From the NCBI GenBank assembly GCA_903824855.1, contig CAIJYI010000022.1, forward strand, positions 1-58,123: a stretch of 58,123 nt of DNA, in the 5' to 3' direction. Source of the stretch: an uncultured bacterium. GTDB lineage: Bacteria; Patescibacteriota; Minisyncoccia; Phycocordibacterales; CAIJYI01. How positions within the stretch are numbered: position 1 is the first letter of the stretch; the number at the start of each line of letters is the position of its first letter. The position numbers and the translations under genes were made by a program. Shown here one piece after another: positions 19,588 to 29,597 of the stretch. The notes under the pieces are model-generated. The model had not been told where the DNA came from, ran no database searches, and saw only the letters and a program-made list of their open reading frames with translations.

Positions 19588-21060
19588 ATGTCTTCATTTT
19601 TAGACGAGGTTCGCGATGAGAGAATAAAGAAAATCGATATTCTTAAAAAAGATGGCATCAAGTCATATCCCGTTTCAAACAATCGGGATGTTTCTGTTGC
19701 TTCCGTTCTTGAGAAGTTTGATGAACTTTCAGAATCGCAAAAAAAAGTTACACTTGCCGGACGCATCATGGCTCTCCGGGGTCAGGGTGGGCTTCTATTT
19801 TTTAATCTGGATGACGGTACCGGGAAGTTTCAGGGATTATTAAAGAAAGATGACATGGACGAAATCCTTTTTTCTTCTTTTATTGAGATTGTCGATATCG
19901 GAGATTTTGTCGAAGTTTCCGGAACTCTGTTCGTAACCAAACGCGGAGAAAAATCTCTTAAGGTTGAAGGTTGGCACATGCTCTCAAAATGTCTAAGACC
20001 GCTCCCTGATAAATGGAACGGGTTGCAAGATATTGAAGAACGATTCCGAAAACGTTATCTTGATATTCTCATGTCAGAAGAGGTGAAACAAAGATTTGTC
20101 TTGCGTTCAAAATTCGTTGCTCTCTTAAGGAGATATCTTGATTCTGAGGAATTTCTGGAAGTTGAAACACCGATTCTTCAAACTATTGCCGGTGGTGCTA
20201 CAGCCAAACCCTTCCAGACGCATCATCAGGCTCTTGATATGGCGTTATTTCTCCGCATAGCACCGGAACTCTATCTCAAAGAATTATTGGTCGCCGGGAT
20301 GCCTAAAGTCTATGAAATAGGACGTCTCTTTAGAAATGAAGGAATCGACGTGACCCATAATCCGGAATTTACCACCGTAGAATTTTACGAAGCGTACGCT
20401 GAAGCCTCAAAGCACATGGCATTTCTTGAAAAGATGATTCGTTCAATCATCCTTGAAGTCACCGGATCAACAACCGTACTTTTTGATGAAAATGAAATTG
20501 ATTTTGGAAAGAGCTTCGAGGTCGCTTCATTTTTTGACCTCATTGAAAAATACTCCGGAATTAAAGAACCCTTGAAACTTTCATACGAAGAACTTATTGA
20601 GGAAGCCAAAAAATTAAAAATTGAAATAAAGAAAGGTGAGGGAAGTGAAAAGATTTATGATGCCATTTATAAAAAATGTGTACGAGGAAAACTCATTCAG
20701 CCGACATTCATAAAAGACTACACTGTCGCATTTTCTCCATTGGCAAAGAAACAAGAATTACATCCTGAGTTTATCGAGCGATATCAATTAGTTATCGCAG
20801 GGTTCGAAGTAGTTAACGGATTTTCGGAATTAAACGACCCACTCGACCAGCGTGAAAGATTTATTGATCAGGAGTCCAAGAGAGGCGAAGGGGACGAGGA
20901 GGCACAGCCGAAAGATGAAGAATATATTGAAGCCATGGAATACGGTATGCCACCGGCAGGAGGAGTCGGAATGTCTATAGACCGAATGATTATGATTCTT
21001 ACAAATACAAAAAATATTAGAGAAGTCATATTATTCCCGACGCTAAGACCAAGACAATAA
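19588..21060 (+). CDS. lysS: Lysyl-tRNA synthetase (class II)
   Basis: LRIAPELYLK, FRNEG, HNPEFT, YGMPPAGG. Confidence 0.98.
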   Translation: MSSFLDEVRDERIKKIDILKKDGIKSYPVSNNRDVSVASVLEKFDELSESQKKVTLAGRIMALRGQGGLLFFNLDDGTGKFQGLLKKDDMDEILFSSFIEIVDIGDFVEVSGTLFVTKRGEKSLKVEGWHMLSKCLRPLPDKWNGLQDIEERFRKRYLDILMSEEVKQRFVLRSKFVALLRRYLDSEEFLEVETPILQTIAGGATAKPFQTHHQALDMALFLRIAPELYLKELLVAGMPKVYEIGRLFRNEGIDVTHNPEFTTVEFYEAYAEASKHMAFLEKMIRSIILEVTGSTTVLFDENEIDFGKSFEVASFFDLIEKYSGIKEPLKLSYEELIEEAKKLKIEIKKGEGSEKIYDAIYKKCVRGKLIQPTFIKDYTVAFSPLAKKQELHPEFIERYQLVIAGFEVVNGFSELNDPLDQRERFIDQESKRGEGDEEAQPKDEEYIEAMEYGMPPAGGVGMSIDRMIMILTNTKNIREVILFPTLRPRQ

Positions 21061-21065
21061 AAAGA

Positions 21066-21097
21066 AAACACCCCGAAAAAATACGGGGTGTTTTTTT
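21066..21097 (+). terminator. Terminator after lysS
   Basis: AAAACACCCCG...CGGGGTGTTTTTTT. Confidence 0.85.
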
Positions 21098-21209
21098 ATC
21101 CTAGAAATATAAAATTCTTATAGATATTATAGAAGTTAGGATTCGTAAACTATTGACAAATCATGATTTTTAGTATATGATGTGTTTATACTTATTAGGG
21201 GATATTGAA

Positions 21210-21359
21210 ATGAAAAGAGAAAAGATTCACCACGAAGAAGGCCGTATAAAACCGAGAATTCCGGAAGATGGAAGAAAAAGAATAGTTGGCGGTGGTGTTC
21301 ACAAAGATAAAAAAGTATACGACAGAAAACGTGATAAAAAAAGAGATGAAGAGGTCTAG
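21210..21359 (+). CDS. Small basic protein (49 aa)
   Basis: TTGACA upstream, AGGGG SD, terminator overlapping the stop; HKDKKVYDRK motif. Confidence 0.6.
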   Translation: MKREKIHHEEGRIKPRIPEDGRKRIVGGGVHKDKKVYDRKRDKKRDEEV

Positions 21360-21408
21360 GATTGACCTCTTTTTTTATTTTTACGCCAAGTGTGTTACTA
21401 TATGAATT

Positions 21409-21990
21409 ATGTTTGATATTGTAACTATAGTAAAAACTGCCGGATATTTTGGTATTGCAGCAATCATCTTTTCGGAGTCCGGACTTCTTGTCGGTTTTTT
21501 TCTTCCCGGAGACAGTCTGCTTTTTACCGCGGGGGTTATGGCAGCTGCCGGTATACTCAATATTTGGGTGCTCATACCTTTGGTATTTCTTTCTGCTGTG
21601 ATAGGTGATAACGTCGGCTTTTATATTGGTGAAAAAGCGGGGGAGAAACTTTTTGACAGAGAGGAATCTATTCTCTTCAAAAAATCAAATGTTTTAAAAG
21701 CAAAAGCTTTTTTTGAAAAACACGGAAATCGTTCGGTAATCCTCGCTCGTTTTATTCCCGTAGTAAGGACTTTTGTACCGATGTTCGCAGGTATCGGACA
21801 AATGAATCATTCTAAATTCTTTTTCTCAAACATCATAGGAGCTTCGCTTTGGGCAGCAGGACTCTCCTTTTTGGGTTACCTACTTGGATCAACGATAACG
21901 GATATAGACCGATACCTGCTTCCGATTATTGCGGTAATAATTGTTATTTCAGTTTTGCCCGTTATTAAGATGTGGTTTTCAAAAAAATAA
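21409..21990 (+). CDS. dedA: DedA/VTT family membrane protein
   Basis: ESGLLVGFFLPGDSLLF, ARFIPVVRTF. Confidence 0.93.
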   Translation: MFDIVTIVKTAGYFGIAAIIFSESGLLVGFFLPGDSLLFTAGVMAAAGILNIWVLIPLVFLSAVIGDNVGFYIGEKAGEKLFDREESILFKKSNVLKAKAFFEKHGNRSVILARFIPVVRTFVPMFAGIGQMNHSKFFFSNIIGASLWAAGLSFLGYLLGSTITDIDRYLLPIIAVIIVISVLPVIKMWFSKK

Positions 21991-22060
21991 TACATCTTCT
22001 CATATATCGTATCGGCATTAAAAAACATCCGTCTTCGTGGCGGATGTTTTTATCTATGAC

Positions 22061-22205
22061 GGCGACGCAAAAGGAATCGGTCACGGATAAATTTCGGGAC
22101 CTCCCAAAATTTTCCGCTACCCCGTCTTGCTTGCCCTTGCGAGGGCATGGCTCCGACCTTCGATTCCTCACGCAAGTGAAGCAGTTCACTTGCTTAGCTC
22201 CCGCA
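22061..22205. repeat. tRNA-associated structured element containing an inverted tRNA-Trp 3' copy split by a 25-nt hairpin
   Basis: TTCGATTCCTC(22159-69)+ACGCAAGTGAAGCAGTTCACTTGCT(22170-94)+TAGCTCCCGCA(22195-205); flanks match the tRNA-Trp 3' end exactly, opposite orientation. Confidence 0.85.
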
Positions 22206-22274
22206 ATATTGTTTTCCTGCAAGCTCGATTGTCAGGCAAAAAAATAACCCTGCCGATTACAGGGAGTATTTCTG

Positions 22275-22345
22275 CGGGAGCTAGAGGAATCGAACCCCTG
22301 ATAGTGGTTTTGGAGACCACTGTTATACCATTTAACTAAGCTCCC
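22275..22345 (-). tRNA. tRNA-Trp(CCA)
   Basis: Acceptor GGGAGCT/AGCTCCC, anticodon loop CTCCAAA, T-loop TTCGATT. Confidence 0.95.
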
Positions 22346-22455
22346 AATGAAAAAAGTTTACCATAAAAAAGATTTGAACGCCATATCGATACCCGGATTT
22401 CATTTTCAGTAGTAATAAAAAATCCACCATTTTTTTGGTGGGTTTTTTGAAGAGA

Positions 22456-22614
22456 TTATTTTTTTGCTTCTTTGTGAGCGGTATGCTTTCGGCAAACAGA
22501 ACAATGCTTGTTTGGGGTAAGCTTTTTCTCGGCACTCTTTTTATTTCGGGTCGTCATGTAATTGACGTTCTTGCATTTTCCGCAAGCGAGTTTTACCAGG
22601 TGATTTTGTGACAT
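22456..22614 (-). CDS. rpmG: 50S ribosomal protein L33 (Zn-binding form), absent from the ORF track
   Basis: MSQNHLVKLACGKCKNVNYMTTRNKKSAEKKLTPNKHCSVCRKHTAHKEAKK; adjacent to tRNA-Trp. Confidence 0.95.
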   Translation of the reverse strand: MSQNHLVKLACGKCKNVNYMTTRNKKSAEKKLTPNKHCSVCRKHTAHKEAKK

Positions 22615-22794
22615 AATGATTTTTCTTGTTTTCTTAACGTAATGTGGAGTGTACTATAAATCAACAAATAAATCAAGGGGAAATGTGGTTTCCGAAATAT
22701 CCCCATAAATAAAGCAATTTTATAAAAAAAGACCCACCAAATCGGGGGTCTCGGTTTCGGTAATAATAAGACAGAATTGGTTTCTCGTTTAAGG

Positions 22795-22926
22795 CTATAG
22801 ATAAGGGAATCGTTCGGTTACTATTTCATTAATACGTATTTTTGCCAATACTCGGTCTTGTTTATTGCCGACAATCTTTTTTGATGCAGGTTTTTTTGGT
22901 TCTCTTCTTAACACTTGTTTTGCCAT
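22795..22926 (-). CDS. Small basic hypothetical protein (43 aa)
   Basis: AGGTGG SD; MAKQVLRREPKKPASKKIVGNKQDRVLAKIRINEIVTERFPYL. Confidence 0.5.
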   Translation of the reverse strand: MAKQVLRREPKKPASKKIVGNKQDRVLAKIRINEIVTERFPYL

Positions 22927-23026
22927 TCTTAACCACCTGTTTTTTGTTGTACAAATCGAGGAGAAATTCCTCAATCGATATCATTACACATATTTTAGAA
23001 TAAAGCAAGCCTTTTGCAAGATATTT

Positions 23027-23629
23027 CTATTTCAGCAATTTTGACTTCATTTTTCGCGAATAGATAATAATCGCAACAACAATAGTATGAAGAATGACGC
23101 CAAGTATCGGATAGATAAAAGACTCAATTTGACCATTCCACCGTAAGGATACGGTTACTAAGAGCATAACAAACGAGAGTGTGAAAATGATCCAAGCCGT
23201 GAGATTTTCATTGGACGGGGTTTTCCACGCATTTTGATAGGTCGGCACAAAAGCTATGATTGTTGCAAACTGAACAATAACATTAGCGCAAAGAGATGAT
23301 TTGAATATGTACCATGCAACGAGCGATGTCAAAACTATTCCCAATGTACACCTTTCATATGAAGTAATCGGTTTGCAGTTTTTCTTTGCAATCGCAATGA
23401 TTAAAGTCACGATGCAAAAAAATGAAGATACGACAGATAAACTAATCTTCATAATATCGCCGGTTACGGCAAAGTAACTTGCGAGATTGATAGTACTTGT
23501 CATTGTCCAGAGTGACCATGAAATTACGTTTGGTTTGCATCTCCCGAGAAATATTTCTTTGTCATACAGGACGTAGCCAAGAAACATAAATACTCCCGCA
23601 AGAATCGAAAATATTTTTGAAATATCCAT
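23027..23629 (-). CDS. Hypothetical multi-pass membrane protein (PQ-loop/SWEET-like twofold pattern possible)
   Basis: ~7 hydrophobic helices; KPN..SW..W and P..E...AW half-repeats; GGAGG SD. Confidence 0.7.
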   Translation of the reverse strand: MDISKIFSILAGVFMFLGYVLYDKEIFLGRCKPNVISWSLWTMTSTINLASYFAVTGDIMKISLSVVSSFFCIVTLIIAIAKKNCKPITSYERCTLGIVLTSLVAWYIFKSSLCANVIVQFATIIAFVPTYQNAWKTPSNENLTAWIIFTLSFVMLLVTVSLRWNGQIESFIYPILGVILHTIVVAIIIYSRKMKSKLLK

Positions 23630-23749
23630 AACACAGACCTCCTTCTTCCGGTGTTAAATAACTTTTTTGCGTAGGCAAATCTACCCCCGTTCTATCAAAC
23701 GAATTGTGTTTTGTCAATTATTGTAATTTCAGAAATGAAAGAAAAAACT

Positions 23750-24205
23750 TTAAATAAAAAGACTTTCGATAACTTCCTTCACGTCAGCGCCTTCAGCTTG
23801 GCCTTTTAATTCTTTCATTACTGCGCCCATGAAAACTCCCATTTTAGATTTATCTAAAACACCGAGTTCTGCTTTTTTAGCGAGAGCAATTTTCAATATC
23901 TCATCTTTGCTCATCATCTTAGGAAGAAAGGTCTCGATTATAGCCAGTTCGGCACGTTCCTTATCTGCGAGTTCCTTTCGGCCGCCGGCTTCAAATTGAG
24001 TAATGGAATCTTTTCGCTGATTCGCTGCACGCTTAATCACTTTTAGGGCATCTTCATCAGGAAGGGAATCTTGGGGAGTGCGTTTTGTTGCGACGAGTTC
24101 ATTAGTGAAAGCGGAAAGAAGCCCGCGCATTGTTTCAAGTCTGAGTGCCTCTCTGGCTAACATTGCTTTTTTAATTTCATCTCGAATTTGTTGTTGTATC
24201 GTCAT
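23750..24205 (-). CDS. yqeY: GatB/YqeY domain protein
   Basis: KKAML, QRKDSI.QF..GGR.ELA.KE..EL..I..FLP, MG.VMKELKG.A.G. Confidence 0.93.
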   Translation of the reverse strand: MTIQQQIRDEIKKAMLAREALRLETMRGLLSAFTNELVATKRTPQDSLPDEDALKVIKRAANQRKDSITQFEAGGRKELADKERAELAIIETFLPKMMSKDEILKIALAKKAELGVLDKSKMGVFMGAVMKELKGQAEGADVKEVIESLFI

Positions 24206-24340
24206 AAAATAATGTGTTTTTTATTATGTAAATATTATAACAGAGAGTAGAACATTTGAAAACGGCAGGAAAGTTTTACACTATTCAAGATTATAGCATA
24301 TATGGTATAATCTATTAGTATTAGATAATATCTATTTGCT

Positions 24341-25882
24341 ATGAAAAAAAACAAAAACGCAGATATCGCAGTTGAAAACTATATCGGAATAATCGGCGGA
24401 TTGATATCTAAACTTCGACTTGAAGTCGGGATGACACAACAGGAGCTTGCGGAAAAAATCGGTTCAACACAAAGTGCGATAGCGAGGATTGAACGAGGTG
24501 AACAAAATATCTCTACGGAAATGGTAGCGAAGATTGAGAACGCTCTTAATAGAAATATAGTTCAGATAGCGAATGGTTCAATAAATATTCGTATAGAAGG
24601 AGGGAGAAAACTTTCCGGAAAGATTGCTACAAAAACATCAAAAAATGGAGCAATGGGTCTTCTTGCTGCATCGCTTCTCAATAAAGATAAGACCACGTTG
24701 AAAAATGTCCCGAAAATTGAGGAGGTAAACAGAATGGTGGAAGTTCTTCAATCAATCGGGGTATCGGTAAAATGGCAGGGAAGTGATCTCGAAATAAAAC
24801 CACCGGAGAAATTTAATCTTGATGCGATAGACGTTGTTGCTGCACAAAAAACGAGAAGTATCGTAATGCTTATCGGTTCACTCATTCATCATTTCAAATC
24901 CTTTAAACTCCCTCAGCCGGGCGGTTGTAAATTAGGTTCTCGTACCGTAAAGCCACATCTTTTTGCTCTGGAAAATTTCGGCGTTCATGTCGCAACGAAA
25001 GAAAAATATTATGAGGTGACGAGTCCAAAACTTCACCCGAGCGAAATTATCCTTTACGAGTCCGGCGATACCGTCACGGAAAATACAATTATTGCTGCCG
25101 CACTCATTCCGGGAACTACCGTTATTAAATATGCTTCGTCAAATTACATGGGGCAGGAGGTTTGTTTTTTTCTGGAGAAATGCGGTGTAAAAATTGAGGG
25201 AATTGGTACGACGACGATAACCGTTCACGGTGTTAAAGAAATAAATACCCCGGTAACATATTTTCTATCAGAGGATCCGATTGAATCAATGTTCTTTATT
25301 GCAACAGCAATAGTGACAAAATCTTCGTTAATCATTGAACGTTGCCCGATTGATTTTCTTGAATTGGAACTCTACAAACTTGAAAAAATGGGTTTCAAAT
25401 ATAAAATTTTAAAACGTTATAAAGCTCTTAACGGAAAAACAAATTTGGTGGATATCCAAACGTTTCCTTCTAACCTTATTGCACTCGAAGAAAAAATAGA
25501 TGCCCGACCATATCCCGGATTAAACATTGATAATCTTCCGTTCTTTGCCGTCATCGCCACACAGGCAAAAGGCCAAACCCTTATACATGATTGGGTTTAT
25601 GAAAAAAGAGCCATTCATACGAAGGATATTGATAAACTTGGCGCCGATACGGTATTAGCAGATCCTCACCGACTCTATATTACGGGGCCGACAAAGCTTC
25701 GCCCTGCGGAGGTTATTTGTCCACCGGCACTTCGTCCTGCCGCTATTCTTCTTATTGGAATGCTCGCAGCCGAAGGTGTTTCCGTATTGCGAAATATTTA
25801 TTCTATCAATCGTGGTTACGAAGATCTTATTGTACGATTAAATACTCTTGGGGCTAGAGTTTCTATTCTCCGCGAATTCTAA
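24341..25882 (+). CDS. murA: UDP-GlcNAc 1-carboxyvinyltransferase with N-terminal XRE HTH
   Basis: HTH (MTQQELAEKIGSTQSAIARIERG) then SKN, PGGCKLGSR, PYPG, RGYE. Confidence 0.92.
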   Translation: MKKNKNADIAVENYIGIIGGLISKLRLEVGMTQQELAEKIGSTQSAIARIERGEQNISTEMVAKIENALNRNIVQIANGSINIRIEGGRKLSGKIATKTSKNGAMGLLAASLLNKDKTTLKNVPKIEEVNRMVEVLQSIGVSVKWQGSDLEIKPPEKFNLDAIDVVAAQKTRSIVMLIGSLIHHFKSFKLPQPGGCKLGSRTVKPHLFALENFGVHVATKEKYYEVTSPKLHPSEIILYESGDTVTENTIIAAALIPGTTVIKYASSNYMGQEVCFFLEKCGVKIEGIGTTTITVHGVKEINTPVTYFLSEDPIESMFFIATAIVTKSSLIIERCPIDFLELELYKLEKMGFKYKILKRYKALNGKTNLVDIQTFPSNLIALEEKIDARPYPGLNIDNLPFFAVIATQAKGQTLIHDWVYEKRAIHTKDIDKLGADTVLADPHRLYITGPTKLRPAEVICPPALRPAAILLIGMLAAEGVSVLRNIYSINRGYEDLIVRLNTLGARVSILREF

Positions 25883-26013
25883 ATTATTATTTTATTATTA
25901 GTGAAATAATATTGTAGAAGTTTCTCTCTAGTTATCCACAAGTGATAATCTCTTTTGTGATGAATGTGATATTATGGAGTAAAGATCTACGAGAAATAAT
26001 TCTCCTATTAATT

Positions 26014-27303
26014 ATGATAAACAACGAACTTTTAAACTTTATAAAAGAGCGGGTTTCCCAGGGGACAACCAAGGAACAGATTTCTGATATGCTCGTTACT
26101 CATGGAGGTTGGGACGCTAAAGATGTTGATGAAGCATTCGATACTATCGGCCTCTTAGGTTCTTCGATGCCTTCCATTGTGAGTTCAATGACAAAAATGG
26201 CGGATGTGGCAAAAATTTCGACCATTCAAACCCCGGTAGAAGAAAAACCTGTAAACCCAGTCCGTCCTATTAGTATAGGTTTTGATGCGAACACTAAATC
26301 GTTAGCATCTAATTTAAACGTCACAAACCCTGTTCATGTATCTCAACCGATTTCTACTCCTGTCACAATAGTAAGTCCAATTGAAACACCAATTACTGCG
26401 AAGCCCGTTACATCGCCGATAGTTACCAGCCCTCTTACCGCTCCTGCACCGACAATAACCGCCACTCCGGCAGTTGCTGTTTTGCCAATCGTCGAACAAC
26501 ACGAACAAACCCCAATCGCGGTTACTCATATTTCTAAACCGACTGAACCGGTAGTTTCAAATATTTCGTTCAATTCGGAGAAAGTTTCTGATGTCTCTGA
26601 GCCCGAGATGTTCACACAAAAAACACTTGAACCGACCATTCAAACATCACCAATCACCACAGAAAAACCTCGAATTATTCCATCAGCCTCACCTGTAATT
26701 TCACCGACAGACAACGAAAGAAAACCGTCTGCTTCACTAAACACGGGCGTCATTTCAGGGGATACATCACTTGCTGAAATGAGGGCACGCTTTGCTGCAG
26801 GTGCCTCAGTAACACCAGTAACACCTCCAGTAGAAACCTTTCCAAAACAACCGGCTGTTACTTCTTCAATTCAAACCCCGAACGTCGTTAAGACCTCACC
26901 TTTTCAAGAAGTAGCCCCCACTCCAAGTGTGTATCCGGTGTCTCAAAACCCAAACCTTTCCCCTCATACACAATCCGGAATGATTCCGACCATGAACGCT
27001 CAACAATCTTCTCCGTTTTCAACCTCTGCAGTAAAGCCAATTCAACGCTCCGAACCGGCCACTTTTGCCCCGATGCCCGCTCGAAAATTATCCAATGCCG
27101 TCATTTCAAATCAGCCAATGTCGACAGCCTCACGAAAAAATTCCCCTCCAGCAAAAGGAAGAAAATTACTGGCATTCATTATGTTTCTCATTGGTTTAGT
27201 TCTTGGCGCAGTAGCGATGCACGCTTATATAAATGAATATTTTGATCCTGTTATTAACTGGGCGCAAAATAATGTCCCCGGACTACAGAGTCCAACAAGC
27301 TAA
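26014..27303 (+). CDS. Pro/Thr/Ser-rich protein with small N-terminal helical domain and C-terminal TM
   Basis: Long low-complexity PTS linker; LLAFIMFLIGLVLGAVAM TM segment. Confidence 0.8.
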   Translation: MINNELLNFIKERVSQGTTKEQISDMLVTHGGWDAKDVDEAFDTIGLLGSSMPSIVSSMTKMADVAKISTIQTPVEEKPVNPVRPISIGFDANTKSLASNLNVTNPVHVSQPISTPVTIVSPIETPITAKPVTSPIVTSPLTAPAPTITATPAVAVLPIVEQHEQTPIAVTHISKPTEPVVSNISFNSEKVSDVSEPEMFTQKTLEPTIQTSPITTEKPRIIPSASPVISPTDNERKPSASLNTGVISGDTSLAEMRARFAAGASVTPVTPPVETFPKQPAVTSSIQTPNVVKTSPFQEVAPTPSVYPVSQNPNLSPHTQSGMIPTMNAQQSSPFSTSAVKPIQRSEPATFAPMPARKLSNAVISNQPMSTASRKNSPPAKGRKLLAFIMFLIGLVLGAVAMHAYINEYFDPVINWAQNNVPGLQSPTS

Positions 27304-27423
27304 TTTAATTACAAAACCCCCGGAGACAGGGGGTTTGTTTTTTTATTGACAAATAAACAAAAATTCTGTTTACTTATACACAGGTTTGTTATTTTATAAT
27401 AATAATTGAATAGGGAGGTTTTT

Positions 27424-28548
27424 GTGGCTAAGCTTTGGAAGACGGGCGGACCATACTCAGATTTCTTTTTCTCATTTGAAAAGGAGGAGAAACAGGCGAT
27501 TCTCTATATTCGTAATATTGATAGGAAACAATTTATTCGAACTCAACCTGAACTTTTCTCATTTGACTGTTTTTCACTTAAAAATATAAACGAAACGAAG
27601 TGCGATGAAAATCGTTTATGGTTCAATCCTAATCTGAAAAAGGGAAATGCGGGGGTTCTTATTCTTGTTACTTCAAACACAAGAAAGGAGCTAATTGATA
27701 TTCCGGAAAGATTTTTTCATTCCAAGAATGCGCAGGTTTCAAAAAGGGTATATTTACAAGAGGAAGATCTTTTTGATTATTCTTCTCGAGAAGTACAAGG
27801 CGTCGTTTCTCAAATAAATAATACACTTTCAGTCGAGAAAAAAGGCAATCCATATTTTCAAGCGCTCTCAGCACTTCAGTGGTCAAATTGGAATATAAAA
27901 TATTGCCGCGCAACAAAAGAGATGGTAAAAAAACTGGAGAAATCACTTTACCAATATCCAAATCATGATATTTATTCTCTTCTTCTTGAAACGTTTACCT
28001 CAAATGAACTTCCCGGAAACATGAGCGAGATTAAAAAAATTGCATCTGATATAATCGTTCCCGGATATATGACAAAAAATTTTCAGAAGGCATGCTATAT
28101 TCTCAATGAATTTGATAGAAAACATCCGTTTTTTTTGGAGCGATGGCCGTTCGAAAATTATCTCTCAGCAAGTAATACCATTCGCAATCGATTAGGAAAA
28201 TGTGATTGTATAACCCATGTATTTATCGCTCTTTGCAGAGCTATGGGAATTCCGGCAATTAAAATTCTCGGACAATTACATCCCGAAGGATGGCATGCAT
28301 GGGCGTCAATATATCTTCATCCTTTTGGGTGGATTGATGTTGACCCGACGAATAGTTCACGCTTTGAAAAATTTAATCATCGAAGTCATCTTTATCACAT
28401 ACTCGGCCCGCAATTCAAAGGAGAAGTTGATTTTTTACCTCTTGATGAACCGATAACCGACGAGATGATTCATTCATGCAAAAAATTCTATGAGCAATCA
28501 TCCGTGAATCCTTCACTCTATTCATTATTATCATCTATAGAAAAATAG
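27424..28548 (+). CDS. Transglutaminase-like (Cys-His-Asp) domain protein
   Basis: GKCDCITHVFIALCRAMGIPA, HAW, GWIDVDPT; GGAGG SD before GTG. Confidence 0.85.
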   Translation: MAKLWKTGGPYSDFFFSFEKEEKQAILYIRNIDRKQFIRTQPELFSFDCFSLKNINETKCDENRLWFNPNLKKGNAGVLILVTSNTRKELIDIPERFFHSKNAQVSKRVYLQEEDLFDYSSREVQGVVSQINNTLSVEKKGNPYFQALSALQWSNWNIKYCRATKEMVKKLEKSLYQYPNHDIYSLLLETFTSNELPGNMSEIKKIASDIIVPGYMTKNFQKACYILNEFDRKHPFFLERWPFENYLSASNTIRNRLGKCDCITHVFIALCRAMGIPAIKILGQLHPEGWHAWASIYLHPFGWIDVDPTNSSRFEKFNHRSHLYHILGPQFKGEVDFLPLDEPITDEMIHSCKKFYEQSSVNPSLYSLLSSIEK

Positions 28549-28700
28549 ACGACACAGGCCAAATTTATTGGCCTGTTTTTTTATTGACAATATTTATTAT
28601 TTTAGGTACGATTGCCTGTGTCACTCCGCGGCACAAACATGTCTGCGGATTTTGTTTTTTGAAAATACACTCAATAAATTCCAATAGAGGAGTAGTAAAT

Positions 28701-29597
28701 ATGAAAGAAATTCATGTCCCGAAATTTATAAATAAAATAGAATCAAAATTGGATCGCACTGTGAAATATGTCTTTTCCTCCCCTGAAATTATAGAATGCA
28801 GTTATATTGATAAACAGGATGGAAAAGATATTCTTTGCGTACCAACGCAAACATCCTGTAACCTCGGTTGTAAATTTTGTTTTCTCTCCGACTACAAAAT
28901 GAAAGTGAGAAATTTAACCGCGGATGAAATTGTCCAATCTATCGACTATACGATAAAAGATATGGAACTTCCGAAAAAGAACGTTGTTTTACTCATTTCA
29001 TTTATGGGTTGTGGCGAACCTTTGCTCAATCTGAAAAACGTTATTTCTGCAATGATAATCCTTCGTAAAAAATATCAAAAGAAATATTGTATCGTAAGAT
29101 TTGCCGTCGCAACACTCGTCCCAAAGATTTTGCCGTTCAAACGACTTACTGAACAGGTGATTAAAAATAATCTTCAAGTTAAGGTTCATTTGTCGCTTCA
29201 TTCTCCTTTTCAGGATATTCGGGAAAAGCTTATGCCTGGCGCCTTCCATATTTGGGATAGCTTGTGGTGGCTCGAACAATATATCGAAAGAACGGGGAAC
29301 TCGGCCGAAATTCATTATTCCATGATTGATGGAGTAAATGATAAGGAAAACGATTTAAAACAACTCATTCAGCTGTTCGGAACAAAAAAGATACCCATAA
29401 AATTTCTTGCATATAATGAAAAACCTTCGATTGAATTAAAACAATCGAAACGTGTAGAATATTTTCGAGAAGAACTTTCGAAGTATGGAATTGTGACTGA
29501 ATATTATGTACCGCCCGGTCGTGATATCGGGAGCAGTTGCGGTCAATTCCTCATGGAATATTATTTACAGTATAATAAGAAAAGGATAGTTAGTTAA
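28701..29597 (+). CDS. RlmN/Cfr-like radical SAM methyltransferase lacking the N-terminal domain
   Basis: CVPTQTSCNLGCKFC, MGCGEP, LSLH, GRDIGSSCGQ; GAGGAG SD. Confidence 0.85.
   Translation: MKEIHVPKFINKIESKLDRTVKYVFSSPEIIECSYIDKQDGKDILCVPTQTSCNLGCKFCFLSDYKMKVRNLTADEIVQSIDYTIKDMELPKKNVVLLISFMGCGEPLLNLKNVISAMIILRKKYQKKYCIVRFAVATLVPKILPFKRLTEQVIKNNLQVKVHLSLHSPFQDIREKLMPGAFHIWDSLWWLEQYIERTGNSAEIHYSMIDGVNDKENDLKQLIQLFGTKKIPIKFLAYNEKPSIELKQSKRVEYFREELSKYGIVTEYYVPPGRDIGSSCGQFLMEYYLQYNKKRIVS

Noticed and set aside
22159..22205. Prophage/island attL-attR remnant
   Set aside because: The copy is inverted rather than direct, is interrupted by a conserved hairpin, and no integrase is present
21965..22535. 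ORFs across the tRNA-Trp region
   Set aside because: They overlap tRNA-Trp, the structured element and rpmG
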